This document shows, one piece after another, positions 51,002 to 64,000 of a stretch of 64,000 nucleotides of DNA. Source of the DNA: Eledone cirrhosa. Taxonomy: Eukaryota. Made by a program: the position numbers and the translations under genes. The stretch is from the NCBI GenBank assembly GCA_964016885.1, contig OZ024740.1, positions 315,704,001 to 315,768,000 of the forward strand. The letters run 5' to 3'. Below the pieces are notes generated by a model. That model searched no databases. It was not told where the DNA came from and saw only the letters and a list, made by a program, of their open reading frames with translations. How positions within the stretch are numbered: the stretch's first letter is position 1; each line of letters starts with the position of its first letter.

Positions 51002-52721
51002 AATTCTATCATTACAAAAGGTTCTTATATAAAATTATATTGAAATTGTATATCAGAACCATTTAAAATAAAAGGCTTCATTCCATAAAAGCAGAGGTGG
51101 TTGTGGGGCAGTTTAGTATTGAAAGGATTATGTTATGAAGACTATTAACATGATGAAGCACTAGTCACAAGATTTATAAAAATGTATTAAATTTTTAGAA
51201 AATAATCTTAATCTAAACCTTTATCTTACATATCAGAAGAAGAAGGATAGCACCTATGACTCTTTTGCAGAGCCTATGAAACAGGTTAGAGGAGGAAAGA
51301 AAGTTATTTGCAGATTGGATGCCAAGCCTTAATGTTCACAATAGAGTATACTCTGTTAACACTTATTGTTTAGTGAAATAACTAACTTTCAACTTAATAA
51401 CAAAAGACAAATATTTAATTACTGAAATCTAATATTACCTTGTATATAATAATGAGATTTCAGTCCAAGGGTTAAATTTAAATTTAAACACTATAATAGA
51501 GGTGGTTTTAGGGTAGGCTAGTGTTTAACAGAACAGGTCAGCTCTTGAGGAATAAGCCTCAATAAAAATCTTACTTGTCTCATAGTAAGCAGTAGTTCTT
51601 GCAGCAGCCATCAGTTTAATTAGATGACCTCAGTATGGTGAACATCAGTGGCTTCACAGATGATCAACAATTAATTTGACAATGGGTTGGCACAATGCTC
51701 TAGTGAGCAGAGAAATCTACGAGTATGCAAGTGTGGTGAGTCACATATATTCTAGCCATTAAAAAAAGAAAAAAATGCTTCACCTTCGAATGAGGGATAA
51801 CTCAAAACGAAAAGTGTTTAAAAGGTTAAGCATTGTTTAATGTTACCATTAAAATGGCACCTGTATCCTTTATAGTTTACCAGGATCATAAAACATTTCA
51901 GTCAAAAAAACTAACTCAACTGTAGATTGTAAGATTCACAAACTGTCACAAAAACTTATATGTAAAAGTTTAACTACTTAAAGCTGTCTAAACTTCTTTA
52001 TGTGTGCTTCGATCAATAAAATAAACAACTTTCTATTGAAATAAGTTGCTTGAATCATAGTAAGTAGGCCATATGTATTTGGTTTCTGCTACTCAGTTTT
52101 ATTTTACACTTATGTATTATACGTATTATTTTATAGCACAATCTGTAGACAATTGCGTTGTTGGTAACAGGTTTCTGATGGGCCAATCACTGGCTCCTAG
52201 TAATTTTGGTAAGAGTGACAAGGGATGGTTTCATAACTCAATGGGGAACAAATATTTCAAGGTTTGTAAAGTACTTTTTTTTTTTGTGTTAACATCCTTC
52301 ATTAATATACAACAGTTAAAAAAAAGCACACACAAAAAAAAAAAATTGGGGCTTCTGCATAGTTCCTGTCCACCAAATTATGTATACAAAGTATTGATCA
52401 ACAAGAGACTGTAGTAGAAGACACTCACTAAAAGTGCTACAAAGTGGGATCAAACTTGTAACTATATGGTTGCAAAGCAAACCTTTAAACCACCCAACCA
52501 TGCTATTCAACTTTACTTGCATCATCAATACCTTTGTGCATGGAATGGCAATCACAATCTCTATTACTTCACAAGATTCAATAGGATTTATCAACTGACC
52601 ATACCAAAATTAATGTTTACTTTACTCACACCTAAGTTTAGCCATCTAAAAATATCAATTATTGTAGAGAATAATACCAGAAGGTGGTCCTATTGACATA
52701 AATATGAACATATAAGTAACA

Positions 52722-53068
52722 AATAATTGTTTCTACTTTTGGCACAAGTCCAGCGATTATCCCAGTGTATTACTGGTACTTTATTTTATCAATCCCATAA
52801 GAATGAAAGGCAAAGTTAACCTCGGCGGGATTTTAACTCAGAACGTAAAGGGCTATAACTCTATGCTACAAAGCATAATTGTTTTTACTTTTGGCACAAG
52901 GCCAGAAATTATCCCAGTGCATTGCTGGTACTTTATTTTATTGACCTCATAAGGAGGAAAGGCAAAGTTAACCGTGGCAGGATTTGAACTCAGATCATAA
53001 AGGGTCGTAACTATGCTGCAAAGCATGGTGTCCGACCCTCTACCGATAATACCAATCCACCGCCCTAG
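52722..53068 (-). mobile_element. Two tandem tRNA-SINE copies
   Basis: Same family motifs as 8189-8385. Confidence 0.85.
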
Positions 53069-53130
53069 TAACAAATAATAATGGTTTAGATGAAGCTGTG
53101 GTAGTGAAGAAATATCATAAATATATTTGA

Positions 53131-53751
53131 CTAGCAGTGGTACCCGGCGTTGCACGGGATAAGGTGTTTTGGAACACGGGCTGCCAACAGACCTAATCGT
53201 AGAAAAACTGCATGCCTGGACAATAGGTAAAGAAAATAAACAGAATACTCTGATGGTTGGATAATCTTTAAGATTTTCCTCGATGAAGCAGGAAAAATGC
53301 AGGTTTTCACCTAATGCGGGCCCTAGGGAATCAAGAAAATGAATTTTTTTTATGTGCATAATATGCCTTGAAATTTCGGGAAAATTGGCTAGACGTAACG
53401 CCTCAAAAAAGCCCTAAAATGCTGAAAAAAATGAAGTTTTTCACCTAATGCGGACCCTAGGCCATAAAAAAAGTTGGATTCTCTTTGCTCACGGTATGAA
53501 GAAGAGACTGACTAATACATAGTTACAATTTCAAGGAAATCGGTCTGACGTAACGCCTCAAAAGACCCCTAAAAAGCTGAAAAGAACGCAGTTTTTCACC
53601 TAATGTGGGCCCTAGAGGATCAAAAAGTTGAAACATAAGTAATACACATGTAAAGTTTGAAAAGAATCGGTAGGGTACTTCTCGAGTTTTAGGGATTCAA
53701 ACTCACAGACACACACACACAGACAGACATCCTCAGTTTTATATATATAGA
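53131..53751 (-). mobile_element. Non-autonomous Helitron
   Basis: Minus strand begins TC(tatatatataaaa) after an A and ends with hairpin cccgtgcaacgccggg then CTAG before a T; three internal repeats containing ttttcacctaatgcgggccctagg; no TSD. Confidence 0.88.
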
Positions 53752-55002
53752 TAATGGATGGTAAATCGGAAAATATTTAGGATCAATTGCAAAGGTAACT
53801 TTCTATCATTCTCACTCTTATCTCAATTCTTTTGTTCTATTTTCTCAAATTCTTATTACCTTGGCACTTATATCTCACACACATTGTAGGGCTTCCAAAT
53901 AACCAAACTTATTTCTTAGTTGTATTTCATAAATATATTTGTTACATGGTGTTATGAAGGATATGTAGAAATCATGCTTAAAATGGAACATATGAGCAGG
54001 ACGTTGTCACTTGATCTTTCTGTCTAACCACAGAACATGAAAACCCATCTAACCCATGCAAGCATAGAAAACAGATGTGTAACAGTGACAACAATGACGA
54101 CTATGATATCAATCCCAAAGATCTACTCCTTATCTAGTAATGTCTTACATTAAGAGCTAACAAGATTCTTAGGTCAGCTTATAGTGGCTGACAACTGTGC
54201 ATGAGATTAGATGTTAAATATGATCATATTAAGGGGGGGGGGGTTAAGTTTTCAAAAGTCTGCTTCATAAATCTTCTTTAATTTTACTCTGATAAACAAA
54301 ACAACAGACTAATTCATTCATGAATCACAAAGATCATAGTGTTTGTGAAATGGTGAGTGAAAATGAAAGAAATGTTCTCCTGGAGAGTGACTAGTCACAC
54401 AAATAACTTTCCAAAGAAAGCTAAGGTCTTCAACAACATCAAAAGCTGAAACAAAGTAGAATTAAGTGATTTTCTCAAAAGCAGATGTGAACTCAGCAGT
54501 CCATTATTTTATTGACATACCCATTTCCCTCTACAACATATCTTCTATTTCTCTAAGACCTTTAAAATAAAGGAAAATATTTTCCAGATGTTTTTCTATC
54601 AACAGAAAGGACAGTACCAATGACCATATTCAGAGCCTTAAAGACTGGTAGGATGGAAGTAGAAAGATATCCTAAAACTAGAGACCTCGCTTGAGTGCTT
54701 GCAATGGAGTGAACTCTACTTAAAGCACCCAAAGGCCAGGTAGAGCCACTAAATTGGATGACAGTTTAATACTGCTACTCAAGTAGGCCACAACAGGATT
54801 TGAATTCAGAAAACAAAGAGTTGGAACAAATACCACAATTCTGCCAATCCATCACCTTGAACTGGTATTTTATTCTATTAACCCTGGAAGTATGAAAGGC
54901 AAAGCTGACTGTGATAGGATTTGAACTCAAAGTGCAAAGAGCCAGAAAAAAATATAGCAAATCATTTTGCATTATGCTGCAACAACTCTGCCAAGTAGAC
55001 CT

Positions 55003-55215
55003 TTAACCCTTTAGCATTTACATTAATCCATATTTACTATTATATTTTCATGGTAGAGGTTTTACCTCACTCAATTATCTTACATAATATTGAATCTATG
55101 AGATTTTGATATTTATTTTGAGAACAATACCTTAACATTAGTATGAGCAGCCAGTTTGAACAGAAAGAAGTGAGAATTCTGGCCGGATATGGCCGGTTAA
55201 ATGTTAAAGGGTTAA
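55003..55215. mobile_element. TTAA-flanked MITE copy
   Basis: Same family as 23481-23708, opposite orientation. Confidence 0.85.
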
Positions 55216-55919
55216 ACTAAGAAGAAATCCTTTCCAGTAGATTGAAAGAGATAACTTCTATGAAATTGTCAACAGCCTAAACATAACACTTTTTATACCA
55301 ACCAACTTGAAACCACTTCTTGTCCTACAATACAACTCTGCATATTTTAAAATGTTTATATTTATCTGAACATTTTCTGTCATAACTTAATAATAAAAAA
55401 GTTAGTTATTTTCATAAATCCCTCCAGATTCTTGATTATTTCAAAATTATTTGAAAATCATAAGCATTGTCTTTGGTTAGAAACATAATAATAGATGGGT
55501 TAATGACTTCATTTGTTTTAAGTATAATTGAATTTCTATACATATTACAAACTGTTAGTTTTTTTTATTCAACATATTAGAAATGACAATACTGAGAACT
55601 CTAGATATATAATAATATAATATAATTGTTTCTACTTTTGGCACAAAGCCATTATATAATATAATATAATGAAACTTATTCTGCTCGAGTGCACAACTCA
55701 TCAAAGGTACATGTATAGTACATAGAATAATTGTTTGTACTTTTGGCACAAGGTCAGTAATTACCCCAGTGCATTACTGGTGCTTTATTTTATCGACCCC
55801 GTAAGGATGAAAGGTAAAGTTAACCTCAGTGGTATTTGAATTCAGAACGTAAAGGACCATAACTATGCTACAAAGTATGGTGTCTGAGGCTCTTCTGATA
55901 CTGCCAATCCACTGCCTTT

Positions 55920-56215
55920 TTAGTACATAGAATAATGTACAAAAGTCAGGAAAGTGAGCAGTGTAAGAGTCATGATATATACACAGCCACACATACATGC
56001 ATGTGTGTGCATGGAAGGGGAATATCAGCTGTAGTGTTGGCAAATTTCGGGAAGCATGGAAGTTTAGAAGGATGCACTGTCCCAACAGCTAACAATTTAT
56101 TCAGGCAGTTTGTTCCATGCTTCAGCAACTCTGAGTGTGAAAAAATGTGTCCGAAAGTCATGGGAGCTGTACTGTTTTCTGATTTTGTAAGCGTGTCAGG
56201 TGTTAGATATATGGA
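55920..56215 (-). mobile_element. 3' end of CR1-type LINE, same family as 42960-43290
   Basis: Reverse complement matches 42960-43220. Confidence 0.8.
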
Positions 56216-57471
56216 ATACAAAAAGATGCTCAAGGTTGTGTTCCTAAAAAATGCAGAGCTAAATGAAATGACTATATGGGAGCATAAATAGGAGATTCTA
56301 GCTTGATAGAGAATTTGTAATAGTGATACAGACATAAATATCACCAAAGGGTTGAAAAGTCTAACATCTAATAATTATAGATAACCTCACACAATTTGAT
56401 GTCACACATTGTAATCTGCAGTTATGATACAATTAGAAAATAAGTTTAATTAATTAGGACTTAATATAATAAAACTATGAACCAAGTTAAATTAATCAAC
56501 TTTAATCACAGGCCTACTCACTATTAATTTAGTTGAAAAGCAAGCATGAGAAATAGGACAGAAGTAGCTGTAACTGGGGAAAGGGAACAATTAGTGAGGA
56601 ATTCAATAGGTATTACTGGTTCTACAATATGGTCCCAAGGCTCATGTGTATTTAGTGTTTATACTGCCAAATAGGCTCAAATTCAGCTATTAGAAATTCA
56701 GCCTATGTCATTGCTGTAGAAATGGAGAGCATCAAGTTTACATCATTATTAGGATTGGCAGTATTGATAGAGCATTGGACAACATGTTTCACAGCATAAA
56801 TTACGGCCCTTTACGTTCTGAGTTCAAATCCCGCTGAGGTTAGCTTTGCCTTTCTTCCTTATGGGGTCGATAAATAGAGCACCAGTAATGCATTGGGGAT
56901 CGATTTAGTCGATTTTCCCTTCTCCCAAAATTGCTGGCCTTGTGCCTAAAGAAGAAACCATTATTAATACTGTTACAACACCAAAGACTGGGACTTTAGA
57001 TTCACTTAGACTTCATTACAGGCAATGTCTATTGATTCCCATCCATGCCTTCTTTCAACAACAATTGGGTATCATAGGATAAAAGCAGTTTTTTGTTTAT
57101 TTTACACATGGAAAATGAAAACTTTACTGTTTCGACTGATCAAACGTTAATATTGCAAAAATGACATTTGGGAATGTTACCTTATTCCTAATGAAAGACA
57201 CTGCCAATAATTATCAAATAATCAAGAATTTGAAGAGATTTGGTAATGTAACTAATTTTCCCATCATTGTATTTATCATTAGATAAATACAAACACATTA
57301 AAATGGATAGCTTTGTATTATAGAACCAGGAGTAGTCTCAGGTGATGTGGTCTCAAAAGGGTTAAAGAACTGGTTAAAATGAAAGGCTGAGTAACAGAAT
57401 TCTTATGTTAAAATATATTTATCAGAAAGTAGAAACTGATCCACAATAAAAATGTTAATAGAAAAGTTACT

Positions 57472-57687
57472 TTAACCCTTTAGCATTTAAACTGTCCATA
57501 TCCAGCTAGAATTCTCTCACCTCTTTCTGTTCAAATCAACCATAATCGGCCACTCATAATAATGTTAAGGTATTGTTCTCAAAATAAATAACATCAAAAT
57601 CTCATAGCTTCAATATTATGTGAGATAAAGTGTTTAATGTGAAAATACAATAGTAAATATAGAGTAATGTAAATGCTAAAGGGTTAA
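57472..57687. mobile_element. TTAA-flanked MITE copy
   Basis: ttaa-ccctttagcattta...taaatgctaaaggg-ttaa. Confidence 0.88.
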
Positions 57688-58244
57688 AATAAAACAGGAA
57701 ATTTCTGATTTACTGATTTAACTATTAAGTTTAAAAAAGAAAAAGCTTGTTTAAAGATGGAACATTTTTTTTAGGTTATTTTGAAAATATCTAGCCATTA
57801 AGTAATTTGATACAACTGAAAATCATGGCATAGGATTACATGTTATGCTGTATATAGAAACAAGCAAAACTTAGTTTTTCACCATATTGACAATTTAAGA
57901 ACAAGCTGACCTATTTCAGCATAAACATAAGAATGATTTTAAATCTCTGGACATAATATGTGGATGTATTATAACTTATGTTAAATGTTATGTGGAAAAA
58001 AGACAATACTGATATGTTTAAACTGGATTACAGAAGAAAGTGTTTTTATTGTTGTTATTTAGCCCAAAGTCAACCATAATTCAACAGACCTATGAGAAAA
58101 AGCATCCAAACCATGACCTCTCTTGTGCATTACATAAATAGGATAACATTATCCAATACTCAGATATGTAACTAGGCTATGGCAAGCATGACACAAGCCA
58201 TAGGGCCACTTGGATTAGTAGCACTTTCTATTAAAGTCAGATAA

Positions 58245-58390
58245 GGGTGGTGGTGAGGTGGTAGTAATAATAGTGACGGTGGTGATGGTGGTGGTGATGG
58301 TGATGGTGATGGTGGTGGTGGTGATGGTGATGATGATGGTGATGATGATGGTGGTGGTGGTGGTGGTAATGATGGTGGTGGTTGTGGTGA
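58245..58390. repeat. (GGT/GAT)n microsatellite
   Basis: Direct reading. Confidence 0.9.
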
Positions 58391-58561
58391 CAGCTGACCT
58401 TGAAACCAACTACTGACCATGATATGGCTAACTAAATAGAAAACTCTACCCCAGAGGCAGAAGGCAACAAGAGAGGAGCAGATTAAATTGAACAATCTCT
58501 AGAAAAGTATAGACATCCAAGAAATGACTCAGAAAACTGTCCTAATTGAGAGACTGGAGCC

Positions 58562-58789
58562 TTAACCCTTTAGCATTTAAACTGGCCATATCTGATCAGA
58601 ATACTCTCACTTCTTTCTGCTCAAACCAGCCGTAACCGGCCACTCATACTGGCATTAAAGTATTGTTCTCAAAATAAATAATATCAAAATTTCTTAGATT
58701 CTATATTATGTGAGATATTATGAGAGATAAAGCCTTTAATGTGAAAATGCAATAGTAAATATAGAGTAATGTAAATGCTAAAGGGTTAA
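58562..58789. mobile_element. TTAA-flanked MITE copy
   Basis: ttaa-ccctttagcattta...taaatgctaaaggg-ttaa. Confidence 0.88.
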
Positions 58790-61700
58790 GACACCAATAA
58801 GATTATAGCAGATGAAACATGGTACATCTTTAGCGATAACCTTCATTGACAACTGGAACACATGCAAGATGAAGAAACCCAGAAGAGGACAGAAGAAAGC
58901 CACAATGGTGAAAAGACACTGTAAAGAATGTAATAAAAGAGAAATATGTATATAGGGAACTAGAAATCCTGATATAGTTATAGGGGCTGATGTATTGACA
59001 TATGGCATATCTTGGGTATTTTAAACCTGACCGAGACCATCCCCTCTCCAAGTCTGCACACAGTATTTTTGAGAGAGAGCGAGAGAGAGTCAATCCTGGT
59101 ACAGAACTGGTACTTTTTTATTGACTTTGACGTCATTTGAACTCAGAAGACAGCAAGCCAGAATGAATAGAGCAAAACATTCTATCTGACATTCTCGTGA
59201 CTGACAATCTGTTCATTACCTCAAAAGAAGAGAAGAGTCTCTATAAAATATGGGTAATAAATAACCGAGATTACAAACTTCTTATGTGTAGATTAGTGAC
59301 AAATTCCAACACAATGGATTGTTTGATCACGCTTGAAAGCATTTGCTTCCTTGTAGTGTGTATCAAAGGAAAGTTAACATATGAGAGACTATATCTCTCC
59401 AGGAGATATATAAAGCTTTCAATTATTTCAACCAACGGTAGTAATTTAGAATTTAAAAACTATAACATTTCAGATTTAATCGTTGCTGCTGTTCTGAGTT
59501 CAAATCCCAGTGAGGTCAACTTTAGATTTCATTCTTCTGAGGCTAATGAAATAAATTACCAGTCAAATACTGGGGGTTAATATATTCAATTCCCCCTCAC
59601 CTCCACCCTCCAATATTGCTAGCCTTATGTCAAAATTACAAACCATTATTATAATTAATTCTAATTAGTGAGTACTTTTTCTTTGTTGTATACGTGTGTT
59701 TAAAAAGATTTGCTATGCCACATTATGAAGCCAGCTATGTCAGCGCCCTAAGTGTCAATTATTAATTAGTTGATAGCTAATCATTAACACTACAAATTAA
59801 AATTATTTAGCCAAAAATTATTTGTTCGGTGTGGAAACTAGAATAAAATCATTGATGTTTATATGTAAAATTTGCAGAAGTTCAAACAAATTTTCCAATC
59901 CTCTGACAATATTTTACATTTTTTCTTGATTATATATTACCAGTGGTTTGGTACCATCAATACTGACAGCAATCATCGTCATCTTCTTCATCACCATTTA
60001 ATGTCCATTTTTCCAAGCTAGCATGGGTTAGATGAGTTGTCCTGTTGCGAGAAATTTCAGGTCAGGTGACCATGTCTTACTCATACAGAACTGATTTTGG
60101 CTGGATGCCTTTCCTAATACCAATTCCATTTACAGTGTGGGTTGGGTGCTTTTTGTCATGACACCTACACAACCACTTTACAGTGTGGACTGGACGGCTT
60201 TTGTAATATTGCCATCACGGCCACTTTACAGCGTGGGCTGGGAGCTTTTGGTTGTGTCACCATCATGACCATTTTGCAGTGTGGGATGGAGGCTTCACTA
60301 GATGTATGCTTCAGCCTGTCCTCATGGGAGATGTAGGGAATAGTGAGGTGGAGGTGGTGGGTGGTGCATACTATATATATATGCTTCAGCTTCAGCCAGT
60401 GCCCATGACAGGTCTTCTATATTACTGAATAATGCCAGAGGTCTCAGTCCTAACAGAAATAGTGTTGAATGTATTTAATTTTTGGAGTCCAGGATTGGTA
60501 TGTCATAAGATAGGATAAATATCCCATAACTCTTTATGGAGTTGTAGAGGCACCGTCAAACGACATGTCTAGGACACTTTTAAACCTGGTGGATCCCAAC
60601 CCTCTCCAGGTCTGAACACAGCTGATTTTTTCCTATAGAGGAAGAATCGACCCCCAGTACTGGGCTGGTCCATTTTTTATTGACCTTGAAAGGATGAAAG
60701 GCAAAGTTGACCCCGGCGGGATTTGAACTCAGAGCGTGCAATGAGGTGGGACAAATACCATAAAGCATTCTATCCGACGTCTTGACGACTCTGCCAATTC
60801 ACTTCCTATGTCATATATACCAGGATTATTAGACATAGGAATAATTATCAAAGTGAGAAATTTGTGTTTTGATAAATTTATGAGAAACCCTTTATGTTCA
60901 TTACTGATACGTGGAAGTAATTAAAGAAGAGAATAGTATTTTAATAATTTATTTCTAGGATATAATTATATAAATGTTCAGCATGTATGTACAAATGAAA
61001 TACAAGATTAAATGTATGAAAAACCTTTTTTACAAGGAAACTTATTTACAGAGACAAATGTAGGGCAAGGAGAACCCAGGACCTTAGGATTAGAAAGTGA
61101 AATTATTGTAGCAACATGACTGATATGGGAAATACAGTGTGTTTGTAAGACAGAGGTAGAGAGAGAGGGAGGGTGTGTGTGCGTGTGCATGTGTGTGTGT
61201 GATACTAAATATTTTTTCTTTGCTTTAAAGCTTGAATGTCTTCAACAGAATGTCTTCAGAGAAGTGTATTACAGAAGAGTGTTTCAGCCCTTAACTTCTG
61301 ACACTAAGGGGACCAAGCCACATCCAGGTAAAGACTCCTGGGTGCCCTTCTGCTGACAGCCATTTAGAAATCAGAGACTTGCTGTGTATTTAAACCTTAT
61401 TGAGATTTTGTTAACAGGGTCTAACTGAAATTCCTCTCCGTTGCATCTGCTTTCAAACTTAAAACAAATAAATTTAACAAAAAGGCAACAAACAGAATAA
61501 ATTAGGAAGTTTTATTCTGTTATAATTACAGAAGAGAAAAATATATTTTCTACTTGCTGGTAAATTTGACTGTAGTCAACAAGATAACATTATTGGTACA
61601 TATAAAAGGATTTTATTTTTGGCAATAAGAAATGTTGCTCAAACTACAGTGAAGTGTTACTAAAAACAGAAACGGACAACATTCTACAAAGAGTGTTCAT

Positions 61701-62530
61701 GGAGTATATATACATTTATGTGCATGTGACACTACAATAGTGACTTGGTATGTATGCATATGTGTGTGTGTGTCTACAATAAATATGTCTGACCATAAAA
61801 TGTACATACATACATCATCATCACTGTTATATGTCTATTTTTTTCTATGCTGACATGAATCAGATGATTTATCTAGTTCTGAGATTTGACATGTCAGATG
61901 ACCACACCTTGCTTATACATTCCATTTCGGCATGGTTTCTATGGTTGGATGCCCTTCCTAATTTCAACCATTTTACAGCATGTACTGGGTGCTTTTTATT
62001 GTGGCACCAACACTACCAGTTTACAAAGTGGTCTAGGTGCATTTTATCATAGTACCAGCACTATCAGTTTACAGAGTGGACTGAGTGCATTTTATCATAG
62101 TACCAGCATTACCACTTTACAGAGTGGACTGGGTGTACTAGCCTATTCTAATATAATGCATATTGTAGTGTTATATTTGACCTCTTCTAATTAACTCTTA
62201 TCATCCTGTAATGATTTAGCAGAACATGTCTAAAAAATGTTTTTCTTAATTCAATTATTTATAGTATCCTTGCTAGAGGATAGATCAGTGAAAATTTAAA
62301 GTATTAGAGTAAAAGATTTTAATTCTTATTGTGATGCAGTCATGATGCTGTATTGTATTTTCAAAAATGCCTAATTAATGCGGTTTCGTGTGGTACAGGA
62401 TGTTATCAGTTAAATCTTGTTTCAAAACAAGAATCATAATTCTTTATGAGAAATCACACTTACTCTCAGGTCTTGAATAATATCTTTAGCCACCCTACTG
62501 TGAAAGCTTTATTCATTACTGCAAGCATCA

Positions 62531-62870
62531 TTAACCCTTTTGATATCAACCAGCCCAAAACTGCCTCTGTTTCTATAAAACAAAACCTTCCATTTTACAA
62601 AAGTATTTATTTAATCTTTTTGATATTTTACAAAAGTATTTATTTAATCCTTTTGATATCAACTGGCCCAAAACTACTTGTGGTTCTATGAAACAAAACC
62701 AGCCATTTTAAAAGGTTTAAATTAAAACCTTCCAACATAATTTTATATGAGAGAATTTCATGTTACCAATATCATCTTAATGAAATTATCATTTCTGTAA
62801 ATACTTTCCAAATTCTTTATTAATTAAAATACAAAATATTTCATGAGAAATATAGTAATAAAATGGTTAA
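62531..62870. mobile_element. Second TTAA-flanked MITE family with internal duplication; related copy near 27107-27341
   Basis: ttaacccttttgatatcaac...aaaatggttaa; ccttttgatatcaac..cccaaaact..ttctat.aaacaaaacc occurs twice. Confidence 0.6.
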
Positions 62871-63033
62871 ATAATCTATCATAATTTAACATAAGAACCT
62901 TTTGTTAAATTATGCTACAAATACCATATTAATAAAGAAATAATAATTTTAGTAAATCCCTCCAAATTTTTTATTATTTCAAAAACAGTATTTATAAATA
63001 TTTTATTAAAAATACAACTGCAAAATGGTGAGG

Positions 63034-63237
63034 TTAATCTCTAACTTGCTGTATCCGGAAAGAACTCTCACCTCTTTCTGTTCAAACCGGCTGTAACTAT
63101 CCACTCATACTGATGTTAAGGTATTTTTCTCAAAATAAAAAATATCAAAATCTCATGTGAGATAATTATGTAAGGTAAAGCCTTTACTGTGAAAATATAA
63201 TAGTAAATATAGAGTAATGTAAATACTAAAGGATTAA
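63034..63237. mobile_element. Degenerate TTAA-flanked MITE copy
   Basis: Internal match to the 57472 copy. Confidence 0.7.
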
Positions 63238-63939
63238 AGTGTTTATATTCATTCCTAAACATCTCATCATATCATGTAAGAACTTTTTCCAAACACCAGC
63301 TTAATAATGGAAAAAGTTGATTACTATATATACTCGAATATAAGCCGTCACTATTTTATGTCTGACAAAAAATCCAAAACCACCCATTTATAAACTAAAG
63401 CAGCTCATCAACACATTGTTTAGATGGTGTATATAACCCCCCCCCCCGTTTTACCATCGGGGGGGGGGGGGGGGGGGCACATATTCTTTGGAAATCGATT
63501 CTGCATGAGCAAGACATCATCATCAGACCTCAACTTGCCTCAAATAGGACATTCTATCTAACCCATGCTAGTGTGGAAAATGGATGTTAAATGCTGATTA
63601 TGATGATACAGTATATGACTGAACCGCACCAAATTCTTGATTATTTTCAAATTTCTTTGAACATCAGAAACAATATATTTCATTGGAAATATGATAATAA
63701 AAGGGTCAATGGCTTTATGACATTTTTTTTTTTTTTGTGGGTGTGGTTCAAAATTCATATTAAGAAACATTTAAAGTTCTTTTACGGAACATAACATAAT
63801 TTTTTAAAAGCAGATACTATTTCTGTATATTGTAAGAGAAACTGAACGAATTCACATCAGAAAGAGGACCCAATCAAAACATTGTCTCAAAAAGTCCTGT
63901 CTAACTCATATGGAAAGTAGAGATGAGAACAACAACAAC

Positions 63940-63977
<38 letters not shown>

Positions 63978-64000
63978 CAGAGCATTCTCTGCAGTTAACT

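Overview
AT-rich eukaryotic repeat-dominated DNA, either intergenic or deep intronic. I found no supportable host protein-coding exon, rRNA, tRNA gene or CRISPR. The repeat complement resembles that of octopus/cephalopod genomes (inference from memory, not a search). Main contents: several non-LTR retrotransposons, most bordered by (TA)n tracts (two RTE families with a C4HC3 PHD-like finger inside ORF2, one CR1-type RT, and an old fragmented R4/Dong-like element); dozens of tRNA-derived SINEs; TTAA-flanked, TA-flanked and hAT MITEs; a non-autonomous Helitron; and micro/minisatellites. The most notable layer is invisible in the ORF track: at least six intact-looking and three decayed type I hammerhead ribozyme motifs of the Penelope-like-element/retrozyme kind. 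They sit beside (TA)n runs, often in or near long fold-back palindromes, and one near-perfect 193-bp-arm palindrome carries a hammerhead on each strand. Coordinates of degenerate repeats are approximate.
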